DNA from: Myxococcota bacterium
GTDB taxonomy: Bacteria; Myxococcota; UBA727; CAYLZW01
DNA: 32,918 nt
NCBI GenBank assembly: GCA_049429145.1
Contig: JBMTAX010000001.1
Coordinates: forward strand, 1 to 32,918
Reading direction: 5' to 3'
Shown here: piece after piece, positions 8,718 to 18,149 of the stretch
How positions within the stretch are numbered: position 1 is the first letter of the stretch
Layout of the letters: each line of letters opens with the position of its first letter
Notes under the pieces: generated by a model
What the model was told of the DNA's origin: nothing
The model's input: only the letters and a program-made list of their open reading frames with translations
Database searches by the model: none
Program-made: the position numbers and the translations under genes

Positions 8718-10558
8718 CAGTGCGCCTCGTGATCTCGGTGGGCGCCGAGGCCCGTACCCGGTACCGGGACGCTGCCGGCGCGGGGTGGTGCCTTGGCCTC
8801 TTCTGCCTTGCGCTTCGTGCGGCCCTCGGGGTTGTCTTGGTCTCGCTTGGCGAGCGCCCAAGCCTCGCGCACCAGGGGGCGAGCATCGTTCGAGAGCGCG
8901 GCGACGGCCTTCCGTGCCTCTTCGCTGCCGCTGCCGCCGAGTACGTCAAGGAGGGCGATGAGATCGGTCTGCCCAAGGGCCACACCGCTCCCTAAAACGG
9001 CGGCCGCAGCACGACGAGCGGCCTCTTCACTGTCACTGGCAGCGAAGGCGAGCACCGCCCGACAAACCCGACAAGGCGCAGCGTTGCGGCTCCCCTCGTC
9101 GAGCACACGGCTCGCGAGCCGCGGTGCCCCGAGGGCGATGGCGCGGCGTGCCCCGCGGACGAGCTGGGCCATTTGGGCGCCACCCTCGACGCTGGGCAGC
9201 CCGAGCCTGCTGCCGAGGGAAACATCGAAGGGGGAGAGCAGATGGGCCTCACGCCAGAGCTCGAGGTCGTCGTCGGGCATCGTGGAATCGGTCCCCGCAT
9301 CCCCTGCGGCGTTTGGGCGCGCTGCGGCCTTCGCGCGTGCACGCGCGAGGCGCGCAACATCACCGTCGGCGCCCACCGCTTTTTTGCCGGTCCCAGTGGC
9401 GCAAGCATCATCACCCGTGATGACACAGGCCTCCGTCGTCCACCACAGGCATTCGAGGGCGAGAGAGAACGGGAGTCCCCGGGCTTGGCAGCTCTTGAGG
9501 AGGGCGTTGGCCGCACTGCTGGCGTCGTCGCCCTTAAGGGAGAGGAGGGTTTTCGCGATGCCGTGCTCGCGCTCGAACCCGGGCACCGCGGCGAGCGACT
9601 GCGTAGCTTTTGTGGCCTGACCGAGGTCATCCACTTCGTTCGCCGCGATCGCCAAGGCGAACAGGCCCTCGCCGCGTTGCACGAAGGGAACCGAAGAAGA
9701 AGAGACGAGGGCTTGGGCGCGGGTGAAGTCACCGGTCTTCGCGTGCGCTCGGACGCGCAACCCGTCGAAAGCCGAGGCTGCGGCGACGCCCCCGACATCG
9801 GCATCAATGACCCGCAGCGCCTCATGGGGAAAGCCTACGTCGATGAGCGCGCTGCCGTAGAGCCACCTGGCGCGACTGCTCTCGGGCTTGTCTGCGAGGA
9901 CACGCTCTAGCTGCACGAAGAGTTCGTCGCTGCGTTGCCCTGCGGTGGTGCGGGCCAGGGCGAGCAGCAGGGCGCTGTCGGGGTCGATGCGGCTCGACGT
10001 GGACATGATATCGATGAGCTTTTGCCCCTCGAAGACGCGCCCCGCGCTGACGGCGACGAACGCTCGCGCAGCCTGATCGACGGCGCTGCCGGCTTCGAAG
10101 GTGGCGGCATAAGCGCCGAGGCCGTGGGCATCGGTGAGTCGCTCTTTGTAGCCCTCGAGGCGCGGGTCTAAGACGAGGCCCACAGCGGCGAGAGCGGCGC
10201 CCAAGGCACGGTCTTGGTCGCTCTCAGCGGCAGCAAAAAGGGAAGACGACGACGTCACCAAGTCCGTAGGCGCCTCTGGCTCGAGGGAGTGGAGCGCGCG
10301 CAGGGCAGCCTCGATGGACGCCTTCACCCCTGCCCCCGGCGTAGCGCCCTTCGCCAGCTGCTCCATCACCTCTGACCCCCAAGCGGCCGTGGCCATGTTG
10401 GGGAACGGAGGTCGCTGCGACGGCGCTGGGGCGGTTTTCTCGCCCTGTGGAGGGCTTGACGGCGCCGCAGGAGACGGGGCTGCTGCTTTGGGGCAGCCAG
10501 CGGCACCGACGAGGGCGGCGAGGGCCCACGCGGGACGGGCAAGAGAGAGTCTCGACAT
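8717..10558 (-). CDS. Large Ala-rich helical-repeat lipoprotein, function unknown
   Basis: I chose the ATG at 10558 because it gives MSRLSLARPAWALAALVGAAGC, a signal peptide with a lipobox. 613 aa with strong GC3 bias. The ORF-track extension to 10843 lacks coding character. Confidence 0.7.
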   Translation of the reverse strand: MSRLSLARPAWALAALVGAAGCPKAAAPSPAAPSSPPQGEKTAPAPSQRPPFPNMATAAWGSEVMEQLAKGATPGAGVKASIEAALRALHSLEPEAPTDLVTSSSSLFAAAESDQDRALGAALAAVGLVLDPRLEGYKERLTDAHGLGAYAATFEAGSAVDQAARAFVAVSAGRVFEGQKLIDIMSTSSRIDPDSALLLALARTTAGQRSDELFVQLERVLADKPESSRARWLYGSALIDVGFPHEALRVIDADVGGVAAASAFDGLRVRAHAKTGDFTRAQALVSSSSVPFVQRGEGLFALAIAANEVDDLGQATKATQSLAAVPGFEREHGIAKTLLSLKGDDASSAANALLKSCQARGLPFSLALECLWWTTEACVITGDDACATGTGKKAVGADGDVARLARARAKAAARPNAAGDAGTDSTMPDDDLELWREAHLLSPFDVSLGSRLGLPSVEGGAQMAQLVRGARRAIALGAPRLASRVLDEGSRNAAPCRVCRAVLAFAASDSEEAARRAAAAVLGSGVALGQTDLIALLDVLGGSGSEEARKAVAALSNDARPLVREAWALAKRDQDNPEGRTKRKAEEAKAPPRAGSVPVPGTGLGAHRDHEAH

Positions 10559-10811
10559 GGGGGCATTCACCCACACCGCTCGACCGGTTTCAACCAAGAA
10601 GCGGGGACTCGTTGAGAGGAAGTCCCGGTCTTGGCTGACGTCGCGTCGCGGCCAGCGGATCCGGCTGGCTCGCAGGCCGAGAGGACCACGCAGCGGATCG
10701 CGGGCGCCGGGAGGAAGCGCGGGTCTGTTGGCCTGTACGGAAACAGGTGGATGCAATCGATTATCCCACACCCTCTGGCGCGAATGGCCGAAGACCAAAG
10801 CGGAGGTGCTT

Positions 10812-11996
10812 ATGCCGGAGATCGTCGGGGAACGTTGGATCAAGTCCTTTGTGGGAACGCGGGGACCCTATGGCACGACGGACGGCGTCGCGCTGAAGAC
10901 CGAAGAGCTCGAGGGCGCGCGGCGGCTGCAGGGGGTGGATGTGAAGTGGGCTGACGCCGTGGAGCCGAGGCACCAGGACGGGTGGATCGCGGGGGAGCGA
11001 GAGGTCTCGCTGCTGTGGTCGGAGCTCACCGGCGGTGGTCTCGCAGCGGTAAACCCCGAAGTGCACCCCCAATACGCGGAGCGGATCGCAGCGGTGGACA
11101 GCTTCCGCATCGCGGCCCTGCGGGCGAGGGAAGCCAAAGCGCAAGGGGACACGTTCTACCGCTCAGGCAAGCTCGAGAGCGGCCCCGCCAAGGGCGAGCC
11201 CCTCGACACCGCCAAGGCCCGGCCAGCGATACAACTCAATGAAGCGGAGAAGCTCGCGGCCTGCGCGAAGGCGCGGGTAGATCCCGAGAGCATCGGGGTC
11301 GCGTTCGCGAATCTCTGCCATCGTGGCGAGTTCTACACGGCGCTCATCCCCAAAGACGCTGTGCGCGACGTGTACTTGATGTTGGAGAGCTTCCCGGCCC
11401 CCGTGCCCGCCGCCCACGCGATGTTGCGCTTCGCCCTCGACGACGACAAGCCGGCGGTGCTGGTGCCACAGAACGGACTCGGTGACGGCAAGCAGTACCA
11501 ACTCTCAGATCTCGTCTTCTCGTCGGAGGCGTTGGGGCAGCCCGGGTGGAAGTACGATCTGGTACGTGGGCAGAAGGGTCACTTCGGCCTCGTCGATCGC
11601 TTCGAGTCTCTCGAGGATCGCTTTCGGCATGTCGAGAGCTACTCCCCGAAACACCCTGTCTCCCTGCATCGCATCGCGCTCTCCGACGAGGAGAAGCAGG
11701 ATGTGCTGAGCGCCTCGGTGCTCCTGTCGGAGGAGCGTGGGTTTTCAGCGACGTACAACACCCTCGCGCGCAGCTGCACCACCGAAGCCTTCCTCGCCCT
11801 CGATCGCGGGGTGGGTGACGACCTGCCCCTGCATGTGAAGCTCGGACGCATCGTCACTGGGGAGCGTATCCCTACGGCGAGCCCGACGTACCTCGCCCTG
11901 CGGGGTCTCGTCCCCAAAGGCGAGAAGCCTACGTTGCTCAGCGACGAGATGGCGAGCGCCCCTCGCCCGGCGACAGAGCGGGTGTTCGTCGACTGA
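10812..11996 (+). CDS. DUF4105-like protein (Lnb N-terminal-domain-like), hypothetical
   Basis: ATG at 10812 is preceded by GGAGG. Motifs AHAMLRF..., GHFGLVDRFESLEDRF, and YNTLARSCTTEAF resemble the DUF4105 pattern (H-x-x-L-R-F ... Y-x-x-x-x-x-N/S-C-T). The in-frame upstream stretch 10314-10811 is Arg-rich and overlaps the divergent gene. Confidence 0.6.
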   Translation: MPEIVGERWIKSFVGTRGPYGTTDGVALKTEELEGARRLQGVDVKWADAVEPRHQDGWIAGEREVSLLWSELTGGGLAAVNPEVHPQYAERIAAVDSFRIAALRAREAKAQGDTFYRSGKLESGPAKGEPLDTAKARPAIQLNEAEKLAACAKARVDPESIGVAFANLCHRGEFYTALIPKDAVRDVYLMLESFPAPVPAAHAMLRFALDDDKPAVLVPQNGLGDGKQYQLSDLVFSSEALGQPGWKYDLVRGQKGHFGLVDRFESLEDRFRHVESYSPKHPVSLHRIALSDEEKQDVLSASVLLSEERGFSATYNTLARSCTTEAFLALDRGVGDDLPLHVKLGRIVTGERIPTASPTYLALRGLVPKGEKPTLLSDEMASAPRPATERVFVD

Positions 11997-12025
11997 CGGA
12001 GCTTTGCTTCGACGCCGCTGCATAC

Positions 12026-12060
12026 CGAGGCCACTGCGTCCCGATACCGCTGTGGCCTCG
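12026..12060 (+). terminator. Hairpin downstream of the DUF4105-like gene
   Basis: 9-bp stem CGAGGCCAC/GTGGCCTCG with a 17-nt loop, about 30 nt after the stop. A second GGCCAC-AGT-GTGGC hairpin follows at 12069-12084. Confidence 0.35.
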
Positions 12061-12201
12061 TTGCCCCGGGCCACAGTGTGGCTTCGGGACGGGGGCGGAG
12101 CGTCGCGGATCCTCACAGGCGCGTTTTGGAGCAGACCCAGCGCGCCCGGGGGATGACTTCTCCCTCGCGACACCTGTGCTGGGTGTACTAGAGAGAAGCC
12201 G

Positions 12202-13635
12202 GTGAACCCCGTCTTCCCCTTCGACAATACCTACGCGCGCCTGCCGGCGCGCTTCTTCGCCGAGGTGACGCCCACGCCGGTGCGTGCGCCTCGCCTTCTG
12301 CGGCTCAATGTGCAGCTCGCGGCAGAGCTCAGCCTCGACGAGAGCGCTCTGCGCAGCGAGGCAGGCGTCGCGGTGCTCGCGGGCAACCGCGTCCCGGAGG
12401 GCAGCGTTCCCCTCGCGCAGGCCTATGCGGGCCACCAGTTCGGCGGCTTCGTGCCCCAGCTCGGCGACGGGCGTGCGATTCTCCTCGGGGAACTGCAACC
12501 CGAGAGCGGGATGCGCGTCGACGTGCAGCTCAAAGGCGCGGGCCGCACGCCCTTCAGCCGAGGTGGAGATGGCCGCGCATGGCTCGGGCCGGTGCTGCGC
12601 GAGTACATCGTCTCCGAGGCGATGCACGGCCTTGGTGTGCCGACGACCCGCGCCCTCGCCGCCGTGTCGACGGGCGAGGAGGTACTGCGAGAGCGACGGC
12701 TCCCCGGGGCGGTGCTCACGCGCGTTGCGCGCTCTCATGTGCGCATCGGCACGTTCCAGTTTTTTGCGGCGCGAAGAGACGAAGAGGGGCTTCGCCTGCT
12801 CTTCGAATATGCGCGCGCGCGGCACTATCCTGACGTCGAGGGCCCCCTCGCCTTCCTCGACGCTGTGATCCGCGCAGAGGCACAGCTGGTCGCCCGCTGG
12901 CTCGGGCTCGGGTTCATCCACGGCGTCATGAACACCGACAATATCCACATCGCGGGGGACACCCTCGACTACGGCCCCTGCGCCTTTCTCGACGACTACG
13001 TACCGCACAAAGTGTTCTAGTCCATCGACCGAGGGGGACGGTACGCGTACGACCACCAGCCCGACGTCATGATCTGGAACCTGACCCAGCTCGCCACCGC
13101 GCTGCTCCCGCTCCTACGTGAGGAGGGCAGCGTTGCCCCAGCGCAGAGTCTGCTCGAGGAGGCCCCGCAGGTCTTTCGCGCGGCATGGCTTGACGTCTTC
13201 CGTCACAAGTTGGGCCTCGCGGAGAGACGTCCTTTTGACGATGTGCTCGTGCTCGATCTTCTCGAGCTCATGGCGACGACGAGGGAGGACTTCACCCGCA
13301 CCTTTCGAGGGTTGGCGGAGGCCGACACCCGGGCGCACCTGTCGAGCACAGAAGACTTCGGATCTTGGTTCGTTCGCTGGGAAGAGCGCCTCCGTCAGGA
13401 GGGGAGCACCGCTGTGGGGATCGTCGAGCGGCTGCGCGCCGCGAACCCCCTGGTCATCCCCCGCAACCATCTCGTCGAGCGCGTGATCGCGGCGGCCGTG
13501 AATGGCGAGCTCGCTCCCTTTCATCGCCTCGCCGATGCGGTGGCAGACCCCTTTCGGGAACGCGACGACATCGATGACCTGCTCGCCCCCCCGCGACCCG
13601 AAGAAGAAGTGCGCGCCACCTTCTGTGGCACCTGA
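12202..13635 (+). pseudogene. selO: Protein adenylyltransferase SelO (YdiU family) interrupted by one in-frame TAG at 13018-13020
   Basis: SelO motifs are [44 protein letters not shown] and [11 protein letters not shown]. The conserved block [38 protein letters not shown] continues in the same frame across the stop. ORF pieces are 12202-13020 and 13021/13069-13635. Confidence 0.85.
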
Positions 13636-13721
13636 TGCACGCAAAGGTGAGCCCCGCAGGGGGACTTGCATCGCGCCGAAGATCCTCTACGACGCGAGGG
13701 TTGGCATCTGGAGAGCTATCG

Positions 13722-14834
13722 ATGAGCACTGCGTCCCCCGTTCTTGCTGACCTCGACCCCCGCCGGGACCTCGTGGTCGTCATCATGGCTGGCGGCGCAG
13801 GCACCCGCTTCTGGCCGGCGTCCACCGAATCGACCCCCAAACAGTTCCTCCGTTTCTTCGGCGAGCGAAGCCTGTTGCAGCAGAGCTACGACCGGGTCGT
13901 CTCCCTCGTGGGCGAGGAACGCATCTTTGTGCTCACCAATGAGCGCTTCGTACCTCTCGTCACGGCGCAGCTCCCCTCGCTGCCCCGCGAGAACGTCATC
14001 GGCGAACCCGCCCGACGAGACACCGCTGCCGCAGTGGCGCTCGCGGCGCTGCTTGCCGCACGGCGCTTTCGCGATCCCATCATCGCGACGCTGACCAGCG
14101 ACCATCTGATCGAACCGGCGGGCGCGCTGCAAGCAGCCCTCGTGTCTGCAGCGCGTGGCGCGCGAGCGTCGGGCGCGCTGTACACCTTCGGCATCGCGCC
14201 CGACCACCCGGCCACCGGCTACGGTTACCTCGAGGTGGGGGAGCCTCTCGTCGATGACGATGGAGTAGCCCACCTGTCTCTGGAACGCATCGTCGAGAAA
14301 CCTGAGCTTGCCCGCGCGACGGCTTTCGTCGCCGGCGGACGCCACCTGTGGAACAGCGGGATGTTCGTCTGGTCGGCGAGCGCCATTCTCGGCGAACTCG
14401 AGCGACAGCTCCCGAAACACCTCGCCTTGCTCCGCCCGGCAGTGGAGGCCGACGGCACGGTAGGCTTTGCAGGAAAACTCGCGGCGGCATTTGAACCGCT
14501 GGACCGCGTCAGCATCGACTACGGCGTGATGGAGAATGCCGAGCTCGTCCGCTGTTGCCGAGGCCAGTTCGCGTGGAGCGACGTCGGCGGCTTCCCCGCC
14601 CTCGCCGAACACCTTTCCCACGACGAGCGATCCAACGCGCATCGCGGCTCACTTTGCGCACTGGAAGCGGAGAGAAACCTCGTCTTTTGCGAAGACGAAG
14701 GAGAGCAGGTGGCCCTCCTCGGGGTCAGTGACCTGCTCGTCGTGCGCGCCGGCAAGCGCACGCTCGTGATGCCTCGTGCACGCGCCGAAGAGATCAAGCG
14801 CCTGATTCCCCTGCTACCGGAGAGTGAGCGATGA
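13722..14834 (+). CDS. manC: Mannose-1-phosphate guanylyltransferase (short form, no PMI domain)
   Basis: VVIMAGGAGTRFWPAS...PKQFL nucleotidyltransferase signature. GGAGAG lies 8 nt upstream of the ATG at 13722. The upstream in-frame stretch from 13635 has poor GC3. Confidence 0.85.
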   Translation: MSTASPVLADLDPRRDLVVVIMAGGAGTRFWPASTESTPKQFLRFFGERSLLQQSYDRVVSLVGEERIFVLTNERFVPLVTAQLPSLPRENVIGEPARRDTAAAVALAALLAARRFRDPIIATLTSDHLIEPAGALQAALVSAARGARASGALYTFGIAPDHPATGYGYLEVGEPLVDDDGVAHLSLERIVEKPELARATAFVAGGRHLWNSGMFVWSASAILGELERQLPKHLALLRPAVEADGTVGFAGKLAAAFEPLDRVSIDYGVMENAELVRCCRGQFAWSDVGGFPALAEHLSHDERSNAHRGSLCALEAERNLVFCEDEGEQVALLGVSDLLVVRAGKRTLVMPRARAEEIKRLIPLLPESER

Positions 14835-16207
14835 GTGAGACCCGCCTCCCTTGCTTCAAGGCCTATGACATTCGAGGCCGCGTTCCCGACGAGTTGAACG
14901 AGCGCATCGCGTGGCTGATCGGGCATGCCTACACGACGTACTTCCGGCCCGGAAAAGTGGCCGTTGGTCGCGACATCCGTCTCTCGAGCGAACGCATCAG
15001 CGCAGCGCTGATAGAAGGATTCCGCGCTGCTGGCACCGACGTCATCGACATCGGCGTCTGCGGCACGGAGAACGTGTACTTCGCCGCCAAGCACCTCGAG
15101 GCCGAGGGTGTGGCGGGCGGGATCATGGTCACCGCCAGCCACAACCCTGCCGACTACAACGGCATGAAGCTGGTGACGAAAGGCGCTGTACCGGTGAGCG
15201 GCGACAGCGGCCTGTTCGACATCGAGCACCTCGTCGCGGCAGGGCACGAGGTCAAAGGGGCGTCGCTGGGGGGCCTCGAACACCGAGATCTCACAGCAGC
15301 TTACGTCGAGCATCTGCTCGGTTACGTCGACCGCGAAGCGCTGCGGCCGCTCAAGATCGTCTGCGACGCCGGCAACGGCTGCGCGGGCCCCGCCATCGAC
15401 GCGCTCGAGCGCCACCTGCCGTTCACCTTCGTCAAGGTGCATCACGAACCTGACGGCACGTTTCCCCATGGTGTGCCAAACCCACTGCTCGAGCAGAATC
15501 GGGCTTCCACCGCGGAAGCTGTGCGGAACAGCGGGGCCGACCTGGGCATCGCGTGGGACGGCGACTTCGACCGCTGCTTCTTCTTCGATGAGAATGGCGC
15601 CTTCGTCGAGGGGTATTACATGGTGGGCCTATTCGCCGCTGAGATGCTGGCCCGTCATCCCGGTGCGTCCATCATCTATGAGCCGCGCCTCATCTGGAAC
15701 ACCGAGGAGCTCATCGCCGCTGGCGATGGCCGCGGCGTGCTGTCGAAGACCGGACACGCCTTCATCAAGGAGCGCATGCGACGAGAAGACGCGCTCTATG
15801 GCGGCGAGATGAGCGCGCACCACTATTTCCGCGACTTCGCCTATTGCGACAGCGGCATGATCCCGTGGCTCCTCGTCGCAGGCATCCTCTCCCGCACCGG
15901 CAAGAAGCTCTCGGAGCTCATCGAGGAGCGACAGCGTCGATTCCCGGTCAGCGGGGAGATCAACCGCAAGCACAAAGACCCCGCGGGTGCGATGCGCCAC
16001 GTCGAAGCCACCTTCGACGGCGCCTCGACCCACAAAGACCGCACCGACGGCCTCTCCATGGAGTTTGGCACGTGGCGCTTCAACCTGCGCATGAGCCAGA
16101 CCGAGCCTTACTTGCGCCTCAACGTCGAAGCGCGGGGCGACCAAGCCCTGGTCGCGGCGAAGACCGAAGAACTGCTCGCGCTCATCGACGCCACGAACGT
16201 GGGCTGA
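14831..16207 (+). CDS. manB: Phosphomannomutase/phosphoglucomutase
   Basis: Active-site TASHNPADYNGMK, metal loop WDGDFDRC, and a GEMSAHHYF sugar-binding loop. A 4-nt ATGA overlap links it to manC. Confidence 0.9.
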   Translation: MSETRLPCFKAYDIRGRVPDELNERIAWLIGHAYTTYFRPGKVAVGRDIRLSSERISAALIEGFRAAGTDVIDIGVCGTENVYFAAKHLEAEGVAGGIMVTASHNPADYNGMKLVTKGAVPVSGDSGLFDIEHLVAAGHEVKGASLGGLEHRDLTAAYVEHLLGYVDREALRPLKIVCDAGNGCAGPAIDALERHLPFTFVKVHHEPDGTFPHGVPNPLLEQNRASTAEAVRNSGADLGIAWDGDFDRCFFFDENGAFVEGYYMVGLFAAEMLARHPGASIIYEPRLIWNTEELIAAGDGRGVLSKTGHAFIKERMRREDALYGGEMSAHHYFRDFAYCDSGMIPWLLVAGILSRTGKKLSELIEERQRRFPVSGEINRKHKDPAGAMRHVEATFDGASTHKDRTDGLSMEFGTWRFNLRMSQTEPYLRLNVEARGDQALVAAKTEELLALIDATNVG

Positions 16208-16209
16208 GC

Positions 16210-16244
16210 TGAGGCGCAACGGTGACGACGTGCAGCGCGCCTCA
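16210..16244. terminator. Hairpin between the convergent manB and rseP genes
   Basis: 8-bp stem TGAGGCGC/GCGCCTCA with a 19-nt loop. It sits in the 34-nt convergent gap and overlaps the rseP stop. Confidence 0.35.
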
Positions 16245-17981
16245 CAGGAGGCGCAGCACGTCGTTGAATAGCGATACCACCACGAGGCACATCAGAAGGG
16301 CGAAGCCGACCTTGACGGCGCGTTCCCGTGTGGCGGCGCTGATACGCTGCCGCGTCACCGCCTCGATGCCGAACATCAACAGATGCCCACCATCGAGCAC
16401 CGGGACCGGCAGGAGATTCACGAGGCCGAGGTTCACGCTGATGAACGCCATCAGCATGACGAAGCTCTTCGCGCCTCGCTCGGCGGCCTGCCCCGCGAGA
16501 TCAACGATGGTGATGGGTCCGCCGAGAGACGACATGCTGACCTGCAAGGTCGCGAGCATCCACAGCGACTTCGCCGTCATGCCGATGAGTTCGAAGGTCT
16601 CACCGACCGCGCGGGAGAGCGCCTCGGTGACGCCGACACTTCGCTCGATAGTCTCTCCGTCGCTGTAGGTGCCCCCGCCGGGGAAGGCCCCGAAGGTCTT
16701 GAAGTCCTCTCTCCCTCGCTCCTTCTCGGCCTCTAGGCGGAACACGACGACCCGCGCCCGGCCATCTTGCCCGAGCAAGCCAATGACATGGACGTCGTCG
16801 GGAGCGCCGAGCAGGCGCACGCTCACTTCGCTGCCGACGTGCACAGGCATCCCGTCGACGATGGCGGCGAGGTCGCCGGCCTTCACCCCGAGTTGATGCG
16901 CCGGCGTGTCTTCACGCACGAGCTGAAGGGTACCTTCGTAGGACGACAGCCCGCCACGCGCCGCGACGGCGGCGGCAGCACCCTCGAGTGCGCTCCTCGT
17001 GGTCGCCACCAACTTCGCCGTCGTAGGTGCCGCAAGCTCGTCTTCGGTGACAGCGTATTTCTCCACTCCTTCGTCGAGGATATACGCCGCGGGTCTCTCG
17101 TCGGACCTTCTCTCGAAGGTGACGGTGCGGCGCTCTGGCTCTCGCCCCTCTTTCGCAGCGGTCAGCGGCTGTACCACGATGGAGAGAGAGAGCGTTCCCT
17201 CACGAGCCGCGTCGAGCCGGGCGAGCAGCTCCTCTTGGGTCCGCACAGGCTCCCCGTCGACAGCCTCGATGCGGTCGAGGGTCAGAACACCTGCAGCGGC
17301 CGCAGGGCTCCCGGGAGCGACGGTGACAAAGGGCTGTTGCACGTGCGGCATGATGCCCACACGACCGACACGCTCGCCCTTCTCGAGGGGATTGAGGCTC
17401 GGTGTTCCCTTGGGCGTGACCTGCAACGACAGTCGCTCTGTGCCACGCTCGATGACGACGCGGAGGGGCGTGTCGGGGCTCGACTCGATGAGCGACTGCA
17501 CCTCGGGGAAGGTCTCGACGGGCGCATCGCCGATCTGCACGATGCGATCACCTTCGCGCAGCCCGGCCTGGGCGGCGGGCTCCCCTGGCACGACGGTGCC
17601 GACGAGGGCGGTGTGGACCGTTTCCGTGCCAAAGAAGACGGCGAAGAACAGCAACACCGGGAGCAGGAAGTTGGCGGCAGGCCCCGCGAAGGCGATGGCC
17701 GACTTCTGCAGGGTGGGTTTGTGGAGAAAGCTCTTGTCGCGCTCTTCCTCGGGAACTTCCTCGGTAATGTCATCACCGTACATGCGCACGTAACCGCCGA
17801 GGGGGATGATGCTCACGCGGTAGTCGGTCTCTCCTCGACGAAAGCCGAAGAGACGTGGGCCGAAGCCCAACGAGAAGGTGAGCACACGCACGCCGCTGGC
17901 TTTGGCCACGAGGAAGTGGCCGAGCTCATGGACGAAGACGAGCACACCGAGGAGGACGCCGCCCGCCAGCAAGGTGTTCAT
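16242..17981 (-). CDS. rseP: RIP site-2 metalloprotease RseP with expanded PDZ region
   Basis: HELGHFLVAKASG (HExxH) sits in TM1. The central region has several PDZ-like repeats. The C-terminal motif is NLLPVPVLDGGH. Confidence 0.9.
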   Translation of the reverse strand: MNTLLAGGVLLGVLVFVHELGHFLVAKASGVRVLTFSLGFGPRLFGFRRGETDYRVSIIPLGGYVRMYGDDITEEVPEEERDKSFLHKPTLQKSAIAFAGPAANFLLPVLLFFAVFFGTETVHTALVGTVVPGEPAAQAGLREGDRIVQIGDAPVETFPEVQSLIESSPDTPLRVVIERGTERLSLQVTPKGTPSLNPLEKGERVGRVGIMPHVQQPFVTVAPGSPAAAAGVLTLDRIEAVDGEPVRTQEELLARLDAAREGTLSLSIVVQPLTAAKEGREPERRTVTFERRSDERPAAYILDEGVEKYAVTEDELAAPTTAKLVATTRSALEGAAAAVAARGGLSSYEGTLQLVREDTPAHQLGVKAGDLAAIVDGMPVHVGSEVSVRLLGAPDDVHVIGLLGQDGRARVVVFRLEAEKERGREDFKTFGAFPGGGTYSDGETIERSVGVTEALSRAVGETFELIGMTAKSLWMLATLQVSMSSLGGPITIVDLAGQAAERGAKSFVMLMAFISVNLGLVNLLPVPVLDGGHLLMFGIEAVTRQRISAATRERAVKVGFALLMCLVVVSLFNDVLRLL

Positions 17982-18149
17982 GACCAGCTCCTTGTCGAGG
18001 GACGGACGCCTGGCGGCAGACGCGACGGAGAGACGGTGGGAGAGTTCGGTACCACAGGGGGAAGATGACCACTCTCAGCGCCCTGGGCAAGAGAATGACG
18101 CCACGCGGCCCCCTTTCCGAGCCTTGTCCTGGTTCGCTAAGGAGGTCCG

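Noticed and set aside
10314-10811. Long N-terminal extensions offered by the ORF track
   Set aside because: Besides this one, the extensions are 10559-10843, 8718-8861, 13635-13721, 21515-21784 and 23678-24109. All are Arg/Pro-rich, have poor GC3, or overlap the neighbouring gene. Internal starts give proper signal peptides, RBSs or ATGA coupling instead.
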